Below are positions 51,401-64,000 of a DNA stretch of 64,000 nt, piece after piece. The position numbers and the translations under genes are program-made. Below the pieces are notes generated by a model. It made no database searches, was not told the DNA's origin, and saw nothing but the letters and a program-made list of their open reading frames with translations. Source of the DNA: Tricharina praecox (Eukaryota); the NCBI RefSeq assembly GCF_024521635.1, contig NW_026250417.1, positions 1 to 64,000 of the forward strand. Direction: 5' to 3'. Each line of letters begins with the position of its first letter. The stretch's first letter is position 1.

Positions 51401-53140
51401 GCCTCCGCTCGATTCTCGCGATTCTCGCTACCGACGAACGGCGGCGGCACTTGGTCCGAATGGGGATAACGGTCGACATGCGACTTTCTACTCAACTTTC
51501 GAAATTCACGGGCCAATAATAATTTGTGTCGGGCTGCTGGGGTGCTGCTGGGCCAGTGGTGCGTGCGGATTAGCCGCCGGCCACACTTTTGCACTTTCTA
51601 GTAGTCTCGACTTGGGTAGGTCGGTAATAGAAGAATAGAATAGCTGGGCTAGGGATATAATAAGCAGCCAATCATGGTGCGCTCTGCAACGTCCCGTGCA
51701 GCGAACGCAGTGAACGCTCGTGTTATGTGTGTGCGTGCTCTGGAGTCTGCAGGAGGAATTGACCAATCAGAAAGCAAAGGTGCTTCTTCTGAGGATGTGG
51801 CTACATGCCGAGTTTGGCATCACGGCGACCGTGTAAGAAAGTAGAGTACTCTGCCTGCTATCGCAGTGATGGTGGTCGGCGGTCGCAGGTAGGAAAGGAA
51901 AGAAAGGCAGGGCCAGCCAGCCTCGCAGCCTCGTCGGCGTGAATATGTTAGGTAGCATCGCAGCCACCACCACCACCGCCACTATGCATGTAGCGCATGT
52001 AGATGGCATATTCAATTCTCACCGCCGCTTAGATTTGGCAATTGAATCCCATAGGCTTCTTCAGTGGGCAGTAAAAAATCCCTGCATTCACTGCCGTAGT
52101 TCAATATGTTGAGATGGTGGATTCCGCGAGTAAAAACCCAGATGAGCAATATATCGGCAGCCAATGCCTCACCGCTTTCCCGGTAACTCGGTAGGTACTC
52201 TAGATATGTATGAGGTATGAGGTAGGTGTGCATACCTACTATACAGTGAGGCATCGCGGAGGTGTGCGTAGAGTACTTACCGAACCTCTGCAGGAAGAAA
52301 AATGGAAAGGAAGGAAAGGAAGGAATTGTCACTCCGCATCGTATCGCCGCATCTCATTCCTCAGCCGGCCGGGCTCAATATACCTACCATACTCTGCGCA
52401 CGCACCACCGGCACTGTAGGATGGATGCCGATGCGGTGCCGAACAAGCAGCCTTTCACAAACCATTCACATTTCGTTCGCATTTCGTTCGCATTCAATTC
52501 ACATTTCCGGGGTGAAATGCAGCAGCTGCACTCCACTCCGCTTCACTGTGCATACCCCCCTCCGAAGGTCGGATCCAATACCGCGAATGCGATGCGATGC
52601 GATGCGATAAACATTATTTTGCGCGCGCTCACCGCCCCCGGAACCTCGTCGATCGAGTCTCGGTGCCGGGCGATGGAGTACATAGCGACCGAGAGAGGGA
52701 GAGCATACCAGTAGGTATCCCAGAGTGCCGGGGCCCTGAATGCCCAGGTTCGATATTCCACAGCTCTACTACCGGGGGGTAGTATGCACGCTCTCGATCA
52801 ATCGATGCTGGCCGAAGCCGAGCATCCCTGCGCGCTGAAGAAGAACGAGAAGAAGAACGAGAATTCCATGAAAAACAACGAGAAGAAGAAAATCTACCGA
52901 TGCGATGTGATGTGATGGGGCTTTGCGTTTCCCTACATACATAGAGGACTTCCTTACTCGCTCTAGGTATCTACCTGCTTAAGGACCTCCCCAAGCACCT
53001 GCTCCACCACTGCCAATAGCCGAGACGTCGCCACGACCCATATCATCAGCACATCCATATTGTAGTATAGGCAGGGAGCATCCCGTACCCACGCGTATGC
53101 ATACTACTTATAGGCGAACTGCCACGCCGAGAAGGCTGAG

Positions 53141-53440
53141 AAAAGCAAAAGCCGACCCGGCCCGGATATAGTAAGTTCTTACTCAGTTATCGCACTGCAT
53201 CTGCCATCGCATAATCCTTCCCGCGCGCGCGTCAAGTGCAAAGAATGCGGAGTACATATCCGCCTAGGTAGGTAGCACTGTGTGTAAGAAGCAGTAAAAG
53301 CAAAAGCCGTCCCGGTCCGTACTCTCTAGCATGGTAAGCATAATTACCGACGTTATCGCGCTGCCTCGCATAATCCGGTGACCGGTCCGCGCGTCAAGCG
53401 GGAGGAATGCGGAGTGCAGTGCATACTTGGTAGCAGTGTC
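53141..53440. repeat. Diverged tandem duplication, 155-bp period, 2 copies
   Basis: AAAAGCAAAAGCCG at 53141 and 53296, each followed by the same ordered blocks. Confidence 0.8.
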
Positions 53441-54584
53441 GGCTTGTAACTTGTTTGAGCACGGCTAGAATATGTAGATCTGACGCTGGCGCAGAGACAT
53501 ATGTACCGTAATGTTTACTTCTGCGCCTCTGGCTTGCGCGCTGGCGCCTACGCTTTACGCTCGGACAGTGGCAAGTTAGCGGCAACCGCCAGGTGGAAAC
53601 CGGGAGGGAGCGGGTATGTAAGGGGATGGTTATTCCTTCCAAGTTCCCGCGGCATCGTTGAATCCTAGAAACCTGGAATCGCGGAATGATGGAGATTACG
53701 CGATAATGTTTCGCATCCCTACCCGCATCCGCTCCCGTCAGCGCGCCTATGTAGTGCATAGATGATAGCGACGATCGCTGCGAGATGCGCGGAGCGTCGG
53801 AGCGCCGGAACGCCACCGGCAAAGCAGCAAGCTCGAAGCGCGAAGATGATGGATCCACTCGAGAGAATACAGTACCGACCTACCTACCTGGGGGGATTTC
53901 CACTCGCCGTTCACTGTTCACCGGCCACAGACCGGCTACAGACGCCGCACTGGGAGCCTGGCACTGGGAGGCGGTTGCCACCATTCCGATCACGAGCGAG
54001 AGACGACTCTCAGCCGAGAGGCGAGAGGCGAGTCCGGAACACACGCCTCAATCTTTAAGGTCTCATCTCATGCGCAGAGTAGGTAGGTGCCGAGCGAGCG
54101 AGCCAATGCTTTCCTTCCTTCCCTTCCGCTCAGAGACCAACGCGAAACACGCCTCCCTCTCCCTCATCATACACCCACACACTCATACACCCGCACACGC
54201 CCACCCACCACCACCACCTCCTCCTCCACACCCCTCCATACCCCTCATCCTCGTCCTCCTCATCCGCGACCAAGACATTCGCAGCTGCACGTGAGATCCT
54301 GTCGATGCAGGCCTTTCCGAGCCCACCGAGTCCCATCACACCCCAAGCCAACCCCACCCCACTGCACGCACGCACGGCACTGCACAGCGCTGCAAGGATC
54401 CTCAGCGATGCATGCATGACATTTCCTTCTGTCTTTCTTTCTTTCTCGAAATGCGCACCCCCCCCCCCCCTCGGAGAACCCTCGTATCTTGCCGTGATTG
54501 ATGTGCTGTGCTGTGATGTGATGTGATGTGCTGATTTGCAGCGTCGTGCACAGACTTCCGTTCTTCGTTTCCGTAGTGGCTCCT

Positions 54585-54849
54585 CTACTATCCCCTTGGG
54601 TGGCATTCCGGGGGGGGTACTACGTACAGTGCATTAGCGTGTGTACAGTGCATTAGCGTGGACAATTCACGCCAGTAGTAGTATAGTGTTTTGAATTCAG
54701 GGCCAGCAGTAGTATAGTGTATTTTGGCAGCGAACCTATCTCAATACACTATACTACTACTGGCCTGAATTGTCCACGCGAATGTGTACACACGCTAATG
54801 CACTGTACGTAGTACCCCACCGCGGAGTCAGCACACAAGAGGATAGTAG
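54585..54849. repeat. Fold-back inverted repeat (~265 bp)
   Basis: Perfect 34-bp arms at 54614-54647 / 54785-54818, plus further inner and outer paired blocks. Confidence 0.92.
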
Positions 54850-56401
54850 CTGGCCTTCCCTCCAGAACAGCTACATAGGAGCAACTAATACCGGTACATA
54901 GCCCCCGGGGAACACGGCAGCGACGACAAGACCAACCGAGACCAGACCGGACGAGACGAGACGAGACCAGGCGAGGAGAGACGAGGCGAGGCGATACGAT
55001 TGGATCTCATCGTCGCCGCAGGTGCACGTAGATGATAGTTGGCGAAATGATAGCTGCCTCCCTAGTTGATTTTCATGAGTACTCTAGGTCAGTGCAACAG
55101 CAATGATCCCCATCTCGGCCACAAATGTTGGCCGCATCTACCCTCCCTCACCCCCCCCCCCCCCCCCCCCACCCTTCCCCACGACAATTAGATGAAGAGC
55201 CCGATGTTGCTCGGTCTCCGCCGTTGCTTGGTTGTTTGGTTGGTTTGTTGGTTGGTTTTTTTTCTCATCGTCGGGCATCTCGTGCAGCGATTGGAGCAAC
55301 CGCAACGACCGTGTCGGACAGAACTCACCGTTCCGTGGCAGATAGAGTGTTTATCCGTGTGCATGTGTACACTACATACGAGCCGGGGTTGGGAGGGGGG
55401 GGGAGTGTGGATAGTGTATTCGGGTAAGCCTTATCGCAACACCTGGACCTGAGCGCAGGCTGTGCAGCGACTGCCTTTTCTGCCGCGTTTTACTGGTTGA
55501 CTGCTCTACGGCTCTAGATTATCATGGTAGTTGCTATGATAGTACTTACGCCCGCGCATAATTATCTACATTGTACGGTAGATACTTGCCTGCCAATGTA
55601 TCCTGTCGGGCACCTACCTCGTTGGCTTTCGCAGCAATCCTGTCTGGCTTCTTGCACCCTTCCCCGCCCGAAGGGTGAGGTTATTGATGGCCTCCGGATG
55701 GCCTCCGGATGGCGTGCGGAGTCGTTCATGCGAAAGAGGGAAGCTGAAAGCAGAATAAGCAGAGCGAGCGATCTGGTTGGCTGCTGGTCGGGTGAACACT
55801 CGACTTCCTGGTGGTGCTGGTGGTTCTGGAGGTGGTGGTGGGCGGAAGTCGCAGTTGGTTGGTCGACGCGTGGTAAGTCCCGGCTAACTATCGACATGCT
55901 CTTCCCGATGAGGTAGAGATCACGCATCAGGCGTGAGAGAGAGCGAAGAATCCAGCGTAGTTACTTTCCAATGTCCATGTATCTACCGTATCTACCGACC
56001 TTCCCTACCCTTCCGTCCCTTCTTGGTACATAGCATACATTTCCAACACGGACGACTTGCCTCCATCCAGCGTGCATGGCCCCACGGTCGGAATCGGAAA
56101 GGATGGATGGGGGGAACGGACGGGCAGCGTTGGAGATGAGGGAATAAAAAGGCTGCCGGTTGGAGTTGGAGTTGGAGTTGGCGATCGATTGATTGCGATG
56201 CGAGAAACAACTAGGTACTTTTTAGGTACTTACCTGGTAGGCACGCGGACGAGGAGATGGGCCGTACCGTATAGTAGAGTGAGTAGAGTGAGTAGAGTGA
56301 GTTGAGTGAGTAGAGTGATCGTAGGGGTTCGTCTTTTTCTTCGAGCTGAGCTGTGAATGTGAATGTGAGCTTTTTCCCGTAGTTCCTGTCGCGCGAGACT
56401 G

Positions 56402-56508
56402 GCGAGGACGCTTGATGCGCGAGGACGCTTGACGCGCGAGGACGCTTGATGCGCGAGGACGCTTGATGCGCGAGGACGCTTGATGCGCGAGGACGCTTGA
56501 TGCGCGAG
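56402..56508. repeat. 17-bp minisatellite GCGAGGACGCTTGATGC, about 6 copies
   Basis: Direct reading; one substitution in copy 2. Confidence 0.95.
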
Positions 56509-56560
56509 AACAGTGCCAACCTTGGCGGGAAACGAGACGAGGCACGTCAGCGACGCTCGT

Positions 56561-56786
56561 TACGGTGGAGATCTCGCCTGCCTATCACCGCTGCTCTAGT
56601 TGCTAGTACCGTGCTGCTCGGAGGTCTCGCCTGCCTAGGTAGAGTATTACTACCGGCTACCGCAATGCTTGAAGATCTCTCTGCCTCACCGGCTACTCTA
56701 TGATAATACTACCGTGATGCTGAGATCTCTCCTGCCTTCATACCACCAACTACTCTACGGTAATACTCAGAGATCTCGTGTCTGCC
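56561..56786. repeat. Degenerate ~50-bp periodic repeat with a GAGATCTC core, 5 units
   Basis: TAC(C/G)GT...GAGATCTC..CTGCC recurs five times with variable linkers. Confidence 0.7.
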
Positions 56787-58443
56787 ACCAGATATGATAG
56801 TACTGGTAGTACATACTGTAACTGCACTTCAGCTACGCAGTATAAGCCAACCTCCATCTTTCTGCACTTCTCTACTCCACTGTGCTCTGCTCTGCACTTC
56901 TCTACTTTGCTTTCCTTTCTTTTGTCATTGTGCTCAGAATCTCATCCGCATGCGACCAAGCCCGCAGGCCGCAGTGAATTGACACACGGCTCGGAAACGC
57001 TACTTGTGTATCGATCAAAAAAGAAAGAAAAGTCACGATGGCAGCCCAGCCAGCCCAGCCAGCCAGCCGAGATGCCCCCCCCCCCCCCCCCCGAAGTGTC
57101 GTTTCGACGAGAGCGAAATGAGCAGTAACTAGAGTATTCGCAATGCCAATTCTCGTTGGCTGAGCTCCAACGGGCGTATTTTATCGTCTTTCTTGAAATC
57201 TTCATTTCAAATCCCGCGTAGTGCAGTGCGGCGGAAGCCACTCGCGCAAAGTGCCGAGTCGCCTCCGGTGTTTCCTTCCCGGATTGCCGACCTGCCTCGC
57301 CTCGCCTCGCCTCGCTATGTGGGGTGCTCGGCTATACTCCAGTAGAGTTATGTAGAGTACGCGTTCGAGTCCGAGGAACAATAGCCACAGCCTCGTGTGT
57401 ACTATGGAGAAACTGCACTACGGAGTAACTCTGTACGAGTATAGCAGCTCAACTCCAACCGTGCCGTGGAGACACCTGGGGACCTGCCATTGCGAGCACA
57501 TGCCCTCCGTGCCCCCGTGCCACCCGTAATTGATGATCATGTTGAAACAGGTCATTTTCTCGCCAATCGCCTACACGCACGAAACTCGAAAATCCTATCG
57601 CCAACTACTAACCCCTCCGAGGAGTAGCAGTATCCTACTTACTTTTTTTTATGTACTTGCTGTTCATCATCTCCTTGGCGTAATGCATACACCTCCATTC
57701 CAACACCAACAATGCTGATCTGATCCTACCCGGCAGCTAGTTTTCTATGCTAACTCACCATCCCTTCCGCCCCGCCCCGCCCACACACACATTCATACAC
57801 ACTCACACACTCGCCCACACACACAGAGGACGGAGAAACACGAGTCTGTTGCAACAGCCCAATGTGGGCCTGAAACCGTTCCGGAGCCGAACATTTCCAC
57901 ATGTGTGTGAGTACTACTCCTACAAGGTAGTGTTGGACGAACGAGCGACGGCCGTTGAGGTTTCGACTCAGCCCGATCTAGGTATCATCTCACATGGACT
58001 GCAGTTTACATACCGTACTCTACTTCGAATTCCCAATGAGGATTGTAATTTGTAGGACGAAACTTGAAACGAATGCTGGATTCGACATTCGTTCGTTCGC
58101 CCTGTTTTTCGTTGCGCCTCCCCCTCCCCCTCTCCCTCCCCCTCCCCCCAGGCACCGAGACCGAGACCTCATTTCGCTTCGGCGCTGATGCAGCGCCTAT
58201 CGGATCATGTCACCGTTGCAGCTTGCTTGCTGCTTGCTTACTTCCTTCCCTCACTCGCTACGGCAACCGAAGTACCCGAGCATGATGAGCGTCTGTCTAT
58301 GCTACATAGAGTACATACTCTACACGTACCATAGAGTGTGCATACGTAGTCACTCTACCTACTTGTTACCGCACGGACATGTGTGCTTAGTTCTCACGTC
58401 AGGGGCAGGCGCATAGGCAGGTAGGCCGGTCGACCCTACCTAC

Positions 58444-58499
58444 GGACCGGACGATGGACCGCACGAGGACCGGACGATGGACCGCACGAGGACCGGACG
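58444..58499. repeat. 23-bp tandem repeat, 2.4 copies
   Basis: GGACCGGACGATGGACCGCACGA repeated exactly. Confidence 0.9.
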
Positions 58500-61400
58500 G
58501 CGGACAGCAACAAGGCTGTCCAAGCCCGATCTCTCAGCGGCAACATCTCGACCGTGCCTCAGCCACAACAGTCATAAGCTGTGTACTAATGAACTCCAGC
58601 GTCAAGCTTCATTCCAGCGCATACATATGAACCCAGCGGCAAAAGTATCCCACCCCCATCACCCAGCACCCATCACCCATCACCCACCACGGAGAATTGT
58701 TTTTACCCTCTCCCCGGCGCCTACATACATACTTCCTGCATACCCAGAGCGAAAATGCCATGTTACATATGCATCTCTTGCATAAGGCTGTCCCAGATCT
58801 AACGTGTCAACCACAGATCACGATTCGACCCAGCGGTAAGGACCGACCCTCCCCCCTTTGACAGCTGTTGGGCGCGAGCGTGCTGGATATGGATGGAAGT
58901 GGGAGCGTACGCGCCCGCCCAGGGCAACAGTGACTGGGCCTGTGGCCCGTGGCATGTGGCAGCTGCACGCAAGCCACGTTGGCCTGTGGCTGGCGCTTAC
59001 AGCATCATCACACATCACTCACAGACTCGCACATACCTCTGACCTTGTATTCGCGCTCGGGACGGAGGGAGGAAAACCGAGAGCACCGCCCACCGGTGTG
59101 CAAGCTTTTGCACTTGCATTCCATCCCCCTTTCTGCCACATTCTAGAGCATTCCAAACTTCCCGGTCAGTGGGGATCGGATTTCACAGTCTCCGCCCGAA
59201 AGCGCAGCGCAGCTCAGCGCGCGCGTAACGGAGGTGCGAAACTGGTTTGTGCACTTTACTGCACGCGGTTTTCGAGAGAGCTCTCTCCTCTTCATCATCA
59301 TCATCATCATCATCATCTTCTTCTTGCTGTCGTTCTCGGCCCAATAACGGACTAATCACGGCGAGTACCCCCTCTTGCCGACCGGAACAGGAGATACTTA
59401 CACCTAGTACCCACATACCATGAACTCGCTGACAGGTAACAGGCTAGACTTCAAAACCAGAGCCAGATTAGTGAAACTACGTACATACATCCAAACCTGT
59501 AACTACGCCCCCCTTCCACTCGTCATCTCGTAACCGCTGATGAGCGAATGCAGTATGAAATTGGTGGCAAGAAAACAGGGAGCCACGAACGAATGGGTGG
59601 GGCATGGGGCGTCACTCGGCCCAATCTCGCCCCCCATTGTCAGTCCACCCCCCGACCCCTATGGACGTTCATGCTCTATGCTCTATCCCCGCAGAGGTGG
59701 CGCTGTGGTCATTTGCGGGCTTGTGTGCTCTACATTAGAGCGTACATGTACATGCTATGGCTCATCATGGGACGGATGGGAAATGTGGGTTCCCTACCTG
59801 GCTATCCCATCCCATCCCATCCTGTATGTACGAGTACGGTGACTCCGACTCCTGCTTCTCCTTCTCCCGAAGGCTGATTGATCATTGAATCTCCCCTTTC
59901 CTTGCATTTCCATTCCTTTCCCGGCTCACCACTACCACCAACCCCGGTGATCCACCGAAGGTATCCAGGGCTCTCCTGATCCTGATCCTTTCCCGCATCA
60001 GTCCTCTCACATGTTGGCCAAAGTACCTACGTATCATGGCGGTCGTTTGCCACACCCTCATCTCATTCAAACCTCTCCCCACCCCATACCAACTTCCGTT
60101 TTGGCTTTCACTTGGTCCTGCACGCTGCAGGAGCGGACAAAACCTGCTGGCACTTGTGGATAGATGGATGGATCAGCGGGTGCAAGCACGGCTGGACGGA
60201 GAAGGGAGAGGAGGAGGTGTGGTGTGTCTATGCCGCTGCCAACGATGCCAACCGGCTTTCCTGCACTGACGACGCTCTCCTTTCGAGCCTAGATCCGGGC
60301 CTACCACCAACAGTGGCCACTGGCCACTGGCCAAATGGTATGTACATTGAGGGATCGTGGATATCGCGGCACCGTCGTGGATACAACAAAACTAGCTCAG
60401 ACCGGAATAAAGCAGGCAGCAGGCAGACAGGTTGGTGGCAAGATGCAGGGGCTGCAACTGCAACTGCAGCTGAGGCGAGAGGGGGAGCTGAAGGGGAGGG
60501 GAAGCGGGAGGGGAAACACGCCAGGAAACTTGCAAGACGTGGTCCCGTATGCTAGCAAGAGGCCTGGTCGATGCACGCTAGGTAATGTGATATTGTGATC
60601 ACCGGGCTCGGGAGGTCGGGGGGCGAGTGAGGGGTTGAATGCAGACACAGGGACTAGAGGGACGGACGGACGGATGGGGGGTGGAGAGGGGGTGGAGAGG
60701 GGGTGGAGAGCGATGGAGAGACGTGGTTCCTCACGAGCCGGTGCTTTGATGTAGCTGCAGGCGTAATGGTAGTGTGATATTCCATGCGGGGATAGATTGG
60801 CTAAAGGCCCAGCGGCCCAGCGTGCTCCATCGGGGCAATCTACTTGGAGGAGGCATTTACGGCCGGGCCGCCGGGCAGAGACACTAGCATTACGTTATGC
60901 AAGGAAATGACATATTACTGCGGTCGTAATTGCTCGCCCGTAGTCTGGATTCTGGAATCGAGATGGACCTAGGCAGACTACTGATAGACAACCGTGGTGG
61001 GGAGCCCCGCCAGCGAACCCAGAATCCAAATACCGCATCAAAAGGAGCACCTACGTACACGCCCCAAGACCAACCACTCCGAGTGCCAAACTCTGCGTCC
61101 TTGAATGGTGACGAGCTTGCGTCGCCCGTGAACGGCTGGTAGCGGAATACCGCAGCGAGTGCTAGACGATGATGTTACTGTATTTGTTGCACCCCCGTTC
61201 CGCGGGCAACACAAATAAGGATATATCAGCTGAACGTACTACCAAGATCATAGTAGACGTCGCGACTAGCGCAGCACCAAAGACGCAGCGAATACTCCTA
61301 CCTTCCCCCGGGAGTGACAGGGCGAGTGATCTCCTGTGACCACGCGACGTCCAGCAGCGCATCTTAGTGGCTGCGATGGCTTAGCCCCTTTTCTTTCGCT

Positions 61401-62479
61401 AGGACTCGGGACACTGCCATCAGAGCTATGAGACAGTGATGTGGGGAGCGCACCGGATTCGACTGATTTCCATGGGCTCCTGCTGGCTCCAATGATAATC
61501 CAATGGTACATACAGTAGTAAAAAATATGGGCTGCTCGGAACCAGAGTGCAACTTGAATTGTGCAATTTCCATGTTGCTTCAGTACCGTGATAGAATTTA
61601 GCACCCAGTGTAACGCAGATTCATATGAATACGTCATGCCCGAAATCCTGTCGCGCTACCGTAGTTGTAACACTCTGTACCGGTTTTACAATGCAAATTT
61701 GTCTGAAATGCTGGTGATAAATGCCTGATTTTATGACTGCGGGAGCTGGTCTAAATGCTGCATTTACAGGCAGGATGCCCGATGCCTTCAATACGTAATC
61801 ATTTGCCCTCCGTAGTGCGATGGCTATCATAATACTAGGCAGCGAAACTACATGCGGCATTCCTTAGAATGCCGTTTTCTCGACATACTAGGTACTAGGT
61901 ACCACACCGTACGAACGGTTGCAGCATTCTTGACGATTACCAACATAAAGGCAAATGCTCAGGTACGACGACTGCTGCATAGAATTAGGATACCGTCTCC
62001 TACCATTACATATAGGAGTCACTCGAATCCGATAAGATTGGAGAAAGATAGGCGAAATAGGCTACTTCCTGTGCATAATATCATCTTGCTCGACCCGCCG
62101 CGAATGCCCTGTCCCTCAACTGCTACTTGCCCCGCCGGCACCACCACGAATGCTGTCTCCTCCTACTGCTACTCGCCTTTTGTGGGCGGTATCACTTCCC
62201 CCCTCTCTACTCCTCCTCACCCTGTTCGACCCACCGTGCTTAGCATCGCCTGCTACTACTGCTCCTCACGCTCCTGGATCCGCTGTAAATATCACAGACA
62301 GCTTCTCCGTCACTTCCTCCATCACCTCACCCGCACACACAGACAGCTTCCCCGTTACTTCCTCCATCACTCCCCCCTTCACAGAAAACTCCTCCACCCG
62401 CTGACAGCTCCTCCACTTCCTTTCAATGATAGCTTCTCTCGATCTCTTGTTGATATTTTCTCTCTCTTATAGCTCCCAC

Positions 62480-63250
62480 ACCCGCCGCAACTGCTATTCC
62501 CGCCGCAACTGCTATTCCCGCCGCAACTGCTATTCCCCCTACTGCCCCAACTGCTATTCTCGCTGATGCTGATCTGTTTTCCAGTTCTTCTCGCTGCAGC
62601 TTCTACTCCCGCCGCAACTGTTACTCCCCCTCCCGCCACCACTACTATTCCCCCTCCCACCACCACTGCTATTCTCGCTGATGCTTCTGTCCCACAGCTC
62701 TCCCTTCGCCGCCACTGCTACTGCTGCCCTCGTGGCAGCTCTGTCCTCGCCGCCAATGCTATTCCCCCTCCCGCCGCCACTGCTACTCTCGCTGATGATT
62801 CTATCCCGCAGCTCTGCCCTCGCTGCCACAGCTCTGTCCTCGCCGCCACAGCTCTGCCCTCGCCGCAACTGCTATTCCCCCTCGCGCTACAACTACTACT
62901 GCCGCTGTTAGCACTTCTCTCAAAGCTCTACTCCTGCCACAACTGCTGTGCCCCCTTCTGACGCTACTGCTACATCCGCTGAGATTCCCTCAATCATAGC
63001 TTTACTTCCACTGCAGCCAGTACTCCCACTGCCGCCGCAACTGCTTTTCTCGGCGCAACTCTATTCTCCCCTCATCTCGGCACAACTCTACTCTGACCGC
63101 AAGTCTACCCTCCCCCGACACTCTACTCTCGGCGCCACCAACTCTACTCTCGGCGCAACTCTACTCTAGCCGCAAGTCTACCCTCGCTAATAGCTTCTCT
63201 CTCATATCTTTTCTAGCAGCAACTCTATTCTCCATTCCCCTCGGCGCAAT
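62480..63250. repeat. Low-complexity C/T-rich degenerate repeat region
   Basis: CCGCCGCAACTGCTATTC x3 at ~62481-62536 and many variants (GCAACTCTACTCTCGGC). Confidence 0.8.
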
Positions 63251-63540
63251 ACATCCACTTGGCACAGGCTAGAAAGAATATTAAATAATGTAGGAAGTAG
63301 ATAAAATACTAGATAGAAGTTCAATGCGAGACACACTGGATTACTGCATACAAACCGGCCCTTAGTGATATAAAATCAGCATTCACCCCGGTACTATAGT
63401 CATATAAAATATTGAGATTGAACTGATGCTCATATCCACTGACTGCGCATCGCACGTAATATTGTCTTTTGACGAGTAGAGAATTCCAGTTGATGCTGTA
63501 TTGGTCTAGTAAGGCTATGAGAGTTGTGCGAAGACGCATT

Positions 63541-63678
63541 CATTTGAATGCCAGCATGCTGCCGTACCGATCCGGAAAGGTTATGAGCGTTGTGGGCATT
63601 TGAATACCAGCTTGCTGCCATACCGATCCAGGAAGGTTATGAGTGTTGTGGGCATTTGAATGCCAGCATGCTGCCATA
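63541..63678. repeat. 56-bp tandem repeat, 2.4 copies
   Basis: CATTTGAAT(G/A)CCAGC at 63541, 63597 and 63653. Confidence 0.9.
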
Positions 63679-64000
63679 GCGCGACCAAATCAAAGAACAG
63701 GATGATTCACATCTATCGGTACCGACGTGGCAATGCGCATTACTTTTCTCAGTATAATCATTTTTTGGCCGTAAAGATTCCGCTGTTTTTGGATTGCCTC
63801 CAATCATTCTACTGCCGCCTGGCTCTGTTACTGCCTCCATACCGATCAGCCCTAGTTGTTGACCACTGTACTTTTTCAGCTGGGCAGATTGCGGGGTGGA
63901 GTTGAGCGGATACCTCATAAGGGAAAAGTTATTGAACTGTCATATAGACGAGGGGAGGTCAGACATCACTTACGGGATGTCATTCGATGGTGTAACCTCA

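Noticed and set aside
56561..56786. CRISPR array
   Set aside because: Eukaryotic context, repeats too degenerate, linkers related to each other, no cas genes
14000..64000. tRNA, 5S rRNA or snRNA genes; the many short six-frame ORFs
   Set aside because: No cloverleaf or rRNA signature found by eye; the short ORFs are antisense shadows or low-complexity translations

Overview
Filamentous-ascomycete genomic DNA (short GT-AG introns with CTRAC/CTAAT branch sites). Bases 1-13969 are the right-hand half of a deeply nested stack of Ty3/Gypsy chromovirus LTR retrotransposons: three LTR types, six nesting levels plus two TSD-flanked solo LTRs, all in the same orientation. The innermost copy has open gag and pol ORFs joined by a candidate -1 frameshift site. 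From 14 to 48.5 kb there are six genes: a CobW/COG0523 GTPase, an ABCC (YOR1-like) exporter, a 126-aa orphan, an NB-ARC-TPR fungal NLR, an O-methyltransferase with a GC-AG intron, and a SAM+PH protein. Two small TIR elements also lie in this region. I could extend the NLR by three unannotated 5' exons encoding a short N-terminus with a candidate amyloid-signalling motif. The last ~15 kb has no gene I can support but contains a fold-back palindrome, block-conserved duplications, minisatellites and a TpA-rich decayed low-complexity region. Everything was read by eye; no database searches were run.
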